A DNA stretch of 32,669 nucleotides. Origin: Geosiphon pyriformis uo1. Lineage: Eukaryota; Fungi; Glomeromycota. The DNA lies in assembly GCA_016748015.1 (NCBI GenBank), contig JAAOMT010000197.1:1-32669 (forward strand), in the 5' to 3' direction. A program made the translations under genes and the position numbers. The notes under the pieces were generated by a model. That model made no database searches, was not told the origin of the DNA, and was given only the letters and a program-made list of their open reading frames with translations. This document shows, in pieces, positions 1-10,250 of this stretch. The number at the start of each line of letters is the position of its first letter. Position 1 is the stretch's first letter.

Positions 1-2600
1 TTTTTTTTTCTGCTTTAAAGAATTTTTTATAACTCTCTTTTATATAAAGTTAAAAAACATAAAAACTTGTAGAGTTATTATATTAATACTAATTTTATTG
101 CCAGATTGACAAAATAAAAAACTAATCTAAATTGACTTTCTACTTAATGGCTAGTGCTTTTGTTAATAATATAATTTGAGTAAGGAGAAGTTAGACTACT
201 ATTTAATATATTTTAAATATTGTAAGTAAATTTTTCAAGATTAATAACATCTTAATTAACAATAAAAAAACTATAGTAATTTTTATTAATTAAAAAGTTA
301 GAAATGTTTTTTTGTTAATAAGTAGTCTGCCAATCTTTATTACATAGAAAAAAGAGTCTTATAGATATTTGGATATTTTTTTGTCTTTAGAAGATTTATC
401 TAAACCAAGTTTAATAAAAGCTTATTTGAATATTAGATTTTTTATTAACATAATTCTAAAAAAAACTATTTTGGACAAACAATTTTTTTATTTAGTCTTA
501 ACTGTATTACAATCTATTATTAGTTATAAAACTTAATTTAGTTTTATCTTTAGAAGTATGTACAACAAGTAAAATATGCTAATCAAAAAAGATTTGAGAA
601 TAAAAACTAACTTGTTAAAAGATTTTTTTAATAAAGCTCTTTATTATTTGTTATTATATAACTTAAAAACATTTAAACAAATACAAGTAAAGAGTAAAAT
701 AACTTTTGTTTTAAGTTTTTCAAATGCTAATAGTGTTTTTAATTACTTGTTTAATTATAGAGCTCTGAATTTGCAAGTATTAAGTTGGTTTCCTATTAAT
801 CCTTTGCAATGTTCTGTAAAGTTGAAAATTAATCTGATTAACAATTTTTTGGCTGGTATAGTAAAAATTTTTTTGGATTATAATATATCTTTTGTGAACA
901 ATTTGTCTTCTGTATTTCAATTTTTTGGTGGCACTTTAATGTCTTCTGTTTTAAAAAATTCAATGTTTTATAATATTTTTTACTTATTTAAAAGATTTGG
1001 TATTGCTTTTGTTAAATAACTATACAATAAAAAAAAGTTAATTTTTAATTAAAAGAGCTTTTGTTATTGAAAAAAACTCAATTTTAAAGATCTGGTTCCT
1101 GTTTGATTTAAATTGATATGTAATTATTTGGTTAAAGTTGTCTTATATTTTGCTAACTGTTTATTCAATAGTAATATATGGCTTTTGGATATTTTTAATT
1201 CCAGTAATCTTTTAATAGTAAAGTGTTGTTTTGTTGAATGTTATAGAGATTTATACTAATGAATTATTAAAAAATTTAAATATACATAACTTGAGGTACA
1301 GTACAGTTGTGTTTTTTGCTAATCTGAATTTGAGTATAGATGTTAAGATTAGTGGTTTGGTCTTCTTTACTTTGGTAGAGTTATAGACAATAGCTTTAGC
1401 CTTAAAGTGTGCTCTAGCTTTTAATATTGTTATTATATACTTAAATAGCCAAACCACTTTAAATGCCTATGTTGCAGAATTAAATATGCTCTTTTTAGAC
1501 TTTTGCAATTGTTGCTGGCTTAAAAGATACAGTATTATAAATTTTATCAAATATAAAAAACTTGTTGTTTTTTGGTTCAAAGTAAAAAATCATTTAGATG
1601 TCTTCAATAATAAGTATATTAATAAGCTAGCTGACTTAGCATTACATTTAAATTTGGTGTTTTCTATTTGTGTTAAAGAGAAGTATATTAAAGCTAAAAA
1701 AGTAACAGTTTTTGGAAATACTTACTATTTTATTCAAAATGTTTTTAGAACTATTTGTCATGCTTATTGAAAAGTTGAATTTAGATTTAATACTATTAAT
1801 AAAAACATGATTAAAGATGTGAACTGGACTTAAACATTATTAGTTTGGTATTCTGACTTGTATATAACTTTTAGTTTTATATATAAAGCTATTATTGGTT
1901 TATGTTCATATTTCATAAAGATTTTATATTATTATTTGTTAATTATTGTACATAAGTGTCTATATAATAAAGAGTATTCTAGTATATTATGTTTTTATTA
2001 TAAGGAAGTAAAACTTTTTAATTACTTTTTTACATGTGAATAGATTCTGCTGTTTGTAAGGATCTATTTAATAAACATTTAGGTCAATAAAATTTTATAT
2101 TAGGCTTGAACTTGTCATTATTTTATGTTTTATAAATGTTTTTCTTATGTGTATTTAATAATGTTATATATATTGCTGTATATAAAGATTTTATAATTAA
2201 GAAATAATATTTAAAGACTGTGTTTGTTTTTGGCTGTTCTAAAATTGCTGGCAGAAAAATTGTTAATTTGGTATAAGACTTAAGAATAATTCATTATATT
2301 GAGGTATAATTGGTAAGATTACAGTACAGAACTTTTATAAAAAGAAATTGTTTGATTGTATAGGATAATTTTATGTCTCCAATAATCTATGATCTATTAT
2401 TTCTGTTTTCAGATAGTGTTGTTAAATTGCTTGGGATTGTAAAAGTATATAGTGTTGATTTTGATTTGTGTAAATTGTGTGATTTTTTTTAGATGTTGAT
2501 TGTATAATTTTTGTCAAAATAGATTTATAGTATTGCTTTGATTGGCCTAAATGACTGGTCATATGTAGAAAGTATTTAGTTTAAATTACTTAATTTGATG
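1..2600 (+). mobile_element. Heavily degenerate non-LTR (LINE) retrotransposon: RT C-terminus, RNase H, zinc-finger region
   Basis: Reading through stops gives ASAFVNNII* near 150-180 (RT 'AFVDDTIW' motif with D>N) and SYRYLDIFLS ('RYLG' motif). RNase H remnants: EIYTNELLKNL near 1246 ('YTDGSL'), LVEL*TIALAL ('AELQAIALAL') and FWFKVKNHLDVFNNKYIN ('W.KVKGH.G..GNE.AD'). Zn-finger remnant ILCFYYKEVKLFNYFFTC (1858-2043). Changes are almost all C>T or G>A. Element is cut by the window edge. Confidence 0.85.
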
Positions 2601-3175
2601 TATGGTATTAGGTAATGTTAATAAAATAAACAAATAAACACCCAAAAAACCAATATCTTATTTTTTACAAAAAAAACATTAATTTTTTGGTATTTAAAAA
2701 AATTAATGTCAAATTAATGTCAAATTTTTAAAAAAAAAAAGAAAAAAAAAAAGAAACAAAAAAGGTTTTTTTAACTATTTAAAAAGTTGATAACAAAAAA
2801 TAACAGCTTAACTATTAAAGATTTTAAAGCTTTTTAAAATAATAATAATTATATTAAAACTGTTTTTGTATTATTTTAACTTTTATTTAAAGCCAAAAAC
2901 AATGCTCTTTAATAGTTAAAACTGTTTTGTAACTTTATTATACAAAAGAAATGCTTTTTACAAAATAATATTTAATTGCTTTTATAGTTTAAAAAACTTT
3001 TTTGAATGATTACACTATTTAAAAATATGAAAGAAAAAAGAATTAACTTAATTGTATTTGAAAAAAAACATTTATTTTTTTAATTCAAAATTACTAAAAT
3101 TGTAAAATTGCAATATTTATTTCTTTTTAATTAATTAATTAATATTTAATATATTATATTTAAATCAAAAATCAA

Positions 3176-3227
3176 AATAATAATAATAATAATAATAATA
3201 ACGAACCAGCGTGGCTACACGTTAACA

Positions 3228-3260
<33 letters not shown>

Positions 3261-3263
3261 GAA
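3176..3263. repeat. Two (AAT)n tracts, each ending in AACGAA, around a short unique insert
   Basis: Seen directly: (aat)n-aacgaa-ccagcgtggctacacgttaacaaat-(aat)n-aacgaa. Confidence 0.9.
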
Positions 3264-3265
3264 AA

Positions 3266-4470
3266 TTAGGTGATTGCGATCAATGCCCGGAGGAAGATCC
3301 CCCGAGCCCACAGTCTCGGCAGTTGTAAAGTTTGGACCCCCGATTCTTTGGATGTGTAGGCTTCATTCTGAATAATAACACGAACCCCTAATTCCTCGGC
3401 CTTGCTTATCAGGCTTCTTTGATAATGATAATGAATCTAACAAAGCATTTTCCGGGCAGTTTTTTGTGTAATCTTTTTTGTCTTACGATTCACCATGTCC
3501 GACACTTCAAAAGGAGGAATAACAATGCATCGAACTCGCGGGTAAAGAATCTAACTGATTTCTGGCGTACAAATTTTTATCGACGCCCATTTTATCTTTA
3601 TATTTTGATGAGGGGACTAATAACTTATGGTTTTTGCAGATGAGTTCATCCAAATACTTGCAAATGCGAATTGTATGTCCAATAGAATGTTCGCCAATCT
3701 TGCCTACATCTTTTTTAGGAGAGCCCCATGTAAAAGGTGTACGGATGCCAGGATCGAGACTGTATGAACAGAACCATCCGCTTGGCGCTGTTTCTGCGTC
3801 TCATATACACAGGCAAGTTTCCACTCATTAGTTTCGCAATACTAAGTGAGGTTGCCATCCGACATTATCTTTTGAGGAAACGGGCTACTTATTACGCCTC
3901 TTTTCGAGATGAAGAGGCGTAAAGAGGCCACAAAGCTAGCTTATCATTATCCAGAATGGTGGTAGGCTTATAAAAATCATCGACGGATTATGGAGATGAG
4001 TGACATAGAAACGATTAAATGTGGATTTCGAAAAATTCTATGCACGAATTGTCGAGATCGAAATGATAGTGTACTGGTGGACCTTGCCATTCGCATTACG
4101 CTTAATTACTTTTTCCCTAGCAATCAATGCTTTATCGATTATATTCGCGAACGCTTTGCCATGAATACCCCGAAACAACATTCCGAGACACACAACCGTT
4201 CGTATGAACTTGCGCTCACCCCATATTGCAGCTTTTCGGACTTTCTCGTCTTCGTGTTCATTGGCGGCTTTTGCTGCTAGAGCTCTGTGTAAAGTATCCA
4301 AGCCTGTTGTGATGGAATTTTGGTATAAAAGCGACGACGTTGACTCTAATAGACAATGGTATTATAAGCAAATCTCGTCAACCCCAGCCATCGCTTAAAG
4401 ACCTGGTTTGAAGATGTTTCGGATACACCTTGATTAATAGTGTACGGTTGAGAGTATCTTCTATCTTCTG
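3266..4470 (-). pseudogene. Fanzor2 / IS607 TnpB RNA-guided RuvC nuclease pseudogene
   Basis: Minus-strand fragments in expected order: RTLLIKVYP / QVFKRWLGLTRFAYN (N-terminus); SLDPGIRTPFTW (RuvC-I Asp, 3753-3755); IPPFEVSDMV...KTARKML; LISKAEELGVRVIIQNEAYTSK (RuvC-II Glu, 3362-3364); GSKLYNCRDCG (second half of Zn ribbon); ARGIFLRALIAIT*. Several frameshifts; the first CxxC and the DRDxN motif are deleted. Confidence 0.9.
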
Positions 4471-4838
4471 AGGTTTGTGATGAGCTGCTGTCGCTTTCGC
4501 CTGTTCTGAAGCTCTGGTCGATAGTAGGCAGCCCTCCTTCTCTGCATGCGGCAGACAAAGACTGTATTGATGGCAAGAATGTCTTGTAAGAGTTCATGCT
4601 CGTCGGAGGTCGCATCGTCGAATAGAACCATGAGTTTTGCAGAATGGAGTAAAAAGATATATTGGCAAAGTCTATCACGGTGGGTGATCACACTTCCCGA
4701 GACCTTTCTGCGGGTTGTTCTTTCCAATAGGGTTTTAAGTCCCGATCTTTTGAAATTGATACCTGACCTGATATCGCTGAGAGGAGTTGCTTTTGTCGTT
4801 CGAGATCCTCTATTTGCTTTGCACTAGACACGGAGATA
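4461..4838 (-). pseudogene. tnpA: IS607 TnpA serine recombinase pseudogene
   Basis: YLRV/VSSAKQIEDLERQ (catalytic YxRVSS with a 2-nt slip), SDIRSGINFKRSGLKTLLE, VITHRDRLC, KLMVL, EHELLQDILAINTVFVCRMQRRRA. The N-terminal HTH is not visible and appears deleted. Confidence 0.9.
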
Positions 4839-4976
4839 GAGGTGGTGGAGGTGGCGGTAGTGGTATTAGCATTTTGAGAAGTTAGCTCAGGTATTTATTT
4901 TGAATCTGATCAGCATTACTAAGCAACTGATTAGTTTTATTGATAGGCATTAAGCAAATCTTTTCATCGGTTTGTT

Positions 4977-6591
4977 ATGAAAATTTCCCCGCAAGGTAAA
5001 AAGACTTTTGAAAGTGGGACCTTTGCATTTCTTGGGATGCATCCGAACTATAAAATTTACTTTGACTTCATTGCTAAATATCATTGCTTAGAAAAAAACA
5101 GCTATAATGAATACTCGATCATCCAGCTGGCCGAAGCCCGAGACCGAGGTATCGAGAATGATTACTAGATCTTTTGAAAAAAGATCAAGTGCTCCACCAC
5201 CAAGTACTGAGAAAAGTAAGGGGCAGCCTTCGAGAATTGGAAATATGTCTTCTCCAACATCAAACTTTCGAACAACCAAAACCACATACCCTAAGACATA
5301 TTACCGCCCTCCTTACGGAAAAAGTATATCAAGGGTTCCGAACAAACATTCAAAGTATAAGTCAGTGGGCCTTATTTCTCAAAATACAATAGCTACCTAT
5401 AAACTAATAATCAAATCTTGGGGTTTCTAAAAGGATTCCAACTCAAAGGGGTGAATCAGCCGATTGGTTGATGACATATCAAAGCAAGTTTGAGGCTGTA
5501 AGTAATGTTCAAGGAATACTCTTTAATTTGGATCTTAAATTTTTTATATTGTTTTTTTAATGTGGCAACAATAGATGTCGCGCGCTTGCGGCGAAGTTTC
5601 GGCAGGATTCCGTCATTTGCGAGAAGCTATTGCAGATATGCATAGCGAAATGCCTGCCCCTAATTTGGGCAACCTTATGGCAGGAATGTTTAGTAGCTTT
5701 GATCAACGACTCCCTTTACGCTCAGAGAATTTGCCAATACCAATACCAATACCAAAATCAAATTTAAATCCTAAATATGCGAATTCACCAGACTTACCTC
5801 TTGGGAATTTTAACCTTCATGAGTTTGATATCAAGGATCAAAGCTGTTCTACTATCCCGCCTATAGATATTAATCAATTAGATGACGAACCACGGGACAA
5901 CCCTTCGGAAACAGGCGAGACATTTTTACAAAAGGGTCAGAACACGGATGCCGATATGAAGGGTGATCTACAATTTGAAAACAACAAAAATCAAAACCAA
6001 GAGCCCACAGAAGATCAGACATTTAAAAATGATAATATAAACGAGGAACTGACGGAGGAGCCTGATTCCAACAATGATGATGAAAGTGAAAAAGGGACAT
6101 GTGAAAACAATAGGGGGGAAGATGAAACAGCGCCTCAAATCAACGTCAATCAAGAAATCCCAATGCAAATTGAAGAATATCATAGAGATAAAACCTCTTT
6201 AGGAAATTCTCCGAATAAAGAGGGGGAGTCATCGAGAAAAAAGCAAACCATGATTCAACTCCAGCTTCATGATTCAACATCACCAAGTCCCCAAGAGCCA
6301 AACCTCTTCATCGATGAAGTTGAAGATCAAGGTTGGAATGACGATGAGCGTCGTCGATTGATTGATGATTTCATTCATTACTTCAATCGGAAAAACGAGA
6401 TCTCCCATATGACCCATAAACAGCTTGCCGACGAAATAATGAATTACTGTAAAGATGCCCCTCACATTGCTCGTTTGGATAATATGGTTGGCAAATATCT
6501 CTTGCGTTATTATCTTCCTAAAGATCCGATAATCTTGAACGCTATCAAAGAATGGACTGATGAGGAAAGGAGGAAAGAATATGGCAGGTAA
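4977..6591 (+). CDS. Uncharacterised protein, paralog A (multi-exon; 5' part probably frameshifted near 5165)
   Basis: Large terminal exon 5575-6591 follows an intron starting GTAAGT after ...WLMTYQSKFEA. Upstream frames 4977-5168 and 5174-5363 join with a 1-nt indel. Clear similarity to paralog B. Confidence 0.65.
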
Positions 6592-7271
6592 GTAAAAAAC
6601 CTCGTCATGAGTAAAAAATTGGAAATTATCTAGCGACATAAAAGAACTTAATATAAACGTTCATTGGAGGAACCTTGGTTTTCGTTTTATGTTATGAATT
6701 GTCAGTTTGAATTTATTTGCAGGGTATTTTACAAAAAAATCACGAGTTTCAAGGAGCGACTTCATTAAAAATTTGTCGTGATTTATTGGATATTCGGAAT
6801 TTTCTAAAACATTGTACAAAGACTATAAAAATTATGCCAATAAAATTTATCAATGTGATCATCTGTTATGACAATTTTGTTTTGTACCCCATGTTGAATT
6901 ATCAATATTAGATCATTTAACAACATCAGGGGTTTTAGAAAATTTTGAGCTGGTTAATCAGAGTTTGTGCAACATTATGTATAACACTAAAAATGTTAGA
7001 ACTCAGAAAGGTATAAAAAAAGTTGTCGCACCGCCAAAACAGTTTAATTTCCCACTCACGATCCCTCATTTCGTTTACAGCCGCAGTAATTTTGGAATGC
7101 AAATTTCGGGTGGAGAATTTGAAGGTAATTTGAACCAGTTCTTCCCCAAAATTCCCAATGTAAAACTAGTAAGGGACCTCAAGGAAAAAGCTCTTACAGG
7201 CCCCCGTTTTTCTTGAGAATCTCAAAGGGCATCACTGCAAATATTTGGAAAATTGACTCGTTACAGTAACT

Positions 7272-8676
7272 ATGGATTATGGATTGTCAAACATACCAAT
7301 TCTTGATCCCCCCGTTGCACTAACAATTACAGCTCCCACACCAAGCAACGATAATAATCAAAACACATTATTGGATGGATCCTCGTTACCAACGTCCAAG
7401 TCGGCTCCAAGACCCTCCACCCCAAAAATAAATAACTGTAAGATTAATATAATCCTTATTAAACCCCAAATTTTTAGGAACTCCTCAAAAAATCATCCCC
7501 TCCATTAATTCCATAAATTATCGGCATATTGAGCATCTTTTACTTTCATCCAATTTTTTATATATCTTATATCCCGTCCAGGCTTCAAAGTAAAGATTTG
7601 GTTTGATTTTATAGGGGCTGATGCAACAACAATTTCAGTTGAAGAGGATCCGACGGCATGGTTGAAAATCTGCCAGAGCAAATTTGAAGCTGTAATTAAA
7701 CAAATTATTTTATTCCAAGTTATTTTTTATCTATCTAATATCTTGTATTTTCGAATAGATGTCCCGTGCATGTAATGAAATCTCAAATGGTTTCTATCAT
7801 TTGCGATATGCCGTAAATGACATTAATAGAGGAATGCCGGAAATAAATTTCCAAAATATATTGGGAGGAATGTTACCGAGTTTCGAAACACACACTACGC
7901 AATATCCTAACCCGTCTCCACGTGAAACAAAGCCTCAACAACCAAATCCATCCCCCTTGCCTCGTAAATTTTCTCCACCCATACCATTTAGTGATTTCGC
8001 TATAAAACTTCCTAAAAATGATCGGAAACCCGCCAACCTCATACCAAAAGTTCCGCGCTCTCTAAGTGCCTCACGTGTCATACCATATATTCGAACTTCA
8101 CATATTCGAGGCTCAATGAAAACACAAAAACAACTGGCTTCCTCTATATTATCTCGAAAGTATCACAATGCGAGAGGAGAGGTTTTGCGAAAAAGACGAT
8201 TTTCAAATTCAAGCGGATCTCGTGTTAATATTGGCTCTGAATCAGAAGATTCTCGGAAACCTAATGTTGAAGAAGAAAATCAAGGGAATCAATACGATGT
8301 AAGTGAAGATGACAAAGGAGGTGAACAAGATGAAGACCAGGAAGAAAGTTATGATGAGGAGGAACAAGGTGACGAAAATGGAGAAAATGACGGAGATTGG
8401 ACGGACGGGAAGCGCCGTGATGTGAACGACGAATTAATCAAATGGTTTGCCCGGCGAAATCAAATTAGACCTACAACGCATAAACAACTCGCTAATGAAT
8501 TAAAAAAATTTTTTAAGGGAAGTCCAATGACCAGTAGGTTAGACAAACAAGTCGGGAGATATCTTCAAAGGTTCAACATCCCAAAGGATCCTGTTGTTTT
8601 AGAGGCCATCCAAGAATGGATTGAGGGGGAAAAAGAAGCAGAATTGATGTCCTCTTCGAAGAAATTAAAGAGATAA
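7272..8676 (+). CDS. Uncharacterised protein, paralog B (3 exons: about 7272-7437, 7582 or 7614-7691, 7759-8676)
   Basis: Phase-compatible GT-AG introns. Shares WL..(C/Y)QSKFEA|MSRAC.E.S.GF.HLR.A and the C-terminal THKQLA.E...RLD..VG.YL.R...PKDP..L.AI.EW with paralog A. Confidence 0.75.
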
Positions 8677-8899
8677 TAAGGGACTCTGTAACTATATTCG
8701 AACTTCCTGAAATTAACATAAAATTTTCATCCTGACGGATTTTTATAATCAAGCTTGGAATGAAGGCTCTTTGAAGGTGCTAACTTTTTTCATGGGAATT
8801 AAAAAAGAATCAAGTAATATTTCTCGGGTATTAAGATTTGCTCATACTTTCTAGTCTCAAAATTATAGGCTCGCAAGTATTTTTGAAATTATGCTTTAC

Positions 8900-10250
8900 T
8901 AAAATAACTGAAAACATAGTTCAAAACAAAACAAAACAAAACAAAACTAAACTAAAAACAAATTGGAAAAAATTGTTATTTTTACAAAATTTAATAAAAC
9001 CTGATGACAAAATTATGAGTTGAGTTGATTTTAATTTTCCTGAAATATTTTATTTATTTATTAAAAAACTTGAATAAAAAATAATACTTGTGTTATTATA
9101 AATTTAATAAAGAAATTAACTGGTTAAAAAAAATAAATTATTTGAAAAAACAATAACTATTTGAATTTTTTTTTAAATGTTTTATTGAATATAATTCAAC
9201 TATTATTTACTAAAATTGCTAGTTATATACATAAATTTAATGTTAATAAATATAGTATAGATAATTTTTTTGGTATAATTTATCTTTTTTAATATACAAA
9301 ATCAAAAAATGTATTTTTTTTTACAAAATAATTTTAATAGTTTATTAAGTTTTATAATAATAATTATTGACAGTATAATTTAAACATATAATATAAAATT
9401 AACCAACTAATTTTAAAATTTTAACAATAGTAAAAATCTAATATTAAAAAATAAAATACTTATAATTATTATTAATTAAATTTGGTTTTAAAAATTTTTA
9501 ATAATATTTTTTTATAAAAATTAATTAAGCCAAATTATTTATAAATAAACTTTTAAAACAAATATTAAAATTTTAAAAAATACAAAACTGTTGTTTTAAA
9601 AATTTCAACTTTTTTTATTGTTATTATAATTATTAATGTTAATAAGTAATAATAATAATTGTAAAAATTGTTAAAGGTTTGTTAATAGTAAAAAAAAAAT
9701 TAAAACATGTTTTTAAAAAAACTTTTAATTAAAAATTAATATTTATAAATTATATAATTGTAAAATAATAATTTATTTTTAAAAACAAAATAATTTAAAT
9801 TTAAAATTTATATGTAATAAATAAGACTATTTTTATTTATAAACACAAGGTTAAAAAAGGTAAAAAATTATTTATTTTGAAAACATATATTATAATTATT
9901 TTAATATTATACTTTATTACAATTTTATTATTATTTAAAAATTTAATATAAAACTATAAATTTTATAATTTTATAATTATATAGTTATTTTTATTAAAAT
10001 TAATTAATTAAAAATATTATTTAGTCATTTTAGTTAATTATTTTTTACTTTTAATTAATTATTATATTATTTAATATATTTATTAAATTCAATAATTATT
10101 ATATTTTTTAATTACATTATAAATTACAATGTTTTTAAATTATATTATAAATTATTAATAAATTAATAAATTTAATTAATAGTAATTATTATATTTTAAA
10201 TTTGAATGTGTTTCTTAAATAAATTGTAAATAAGATTATGTAAAAACAAT
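8900..10250. other. Extremely AT-rich, CpG-free tract, probably an unrecognisable repeat relic
   Basis: No CG seen between about 8875 and 10254; no ORF; composition resembles the LINE relic. Confidence 0.5.

Larger units (their letters stand above)
3266..4970 (-). mobile_element. Decayed IS607-family transposon (tnpA serine recombinase plus Fanzor2/TnpB)
   Basis: Co-oriented, adjacent or overlapping tnpA and nuclease reading frames. Imperfect subterminal direct repeats at 4907-4926 and 4941-4957. The block is richer in GC and CpG than its left flank. Termini are approximate. Confidence 0.88.

Noticed and set aside
576-2043. ORFs 576-1019, 1486-1770 and 1858-2043 as genes
   Set aside because: They are open stretches of the mutated LINE; 1251-1457 is its antisense shadow.
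3176-3263. Repeat-spacer-repeat pattern as a mini CRISPR array beside the nuclease
   Set aside because: The repeats are a simple (AAT)n microsatellite found across the window, with only one spacer.
3419-4827. Plus-strand ORFs across the IS607 region
   Set aside because: Antisense shadows of the tnpA and Fanzor frames, with no recognisable motifs.
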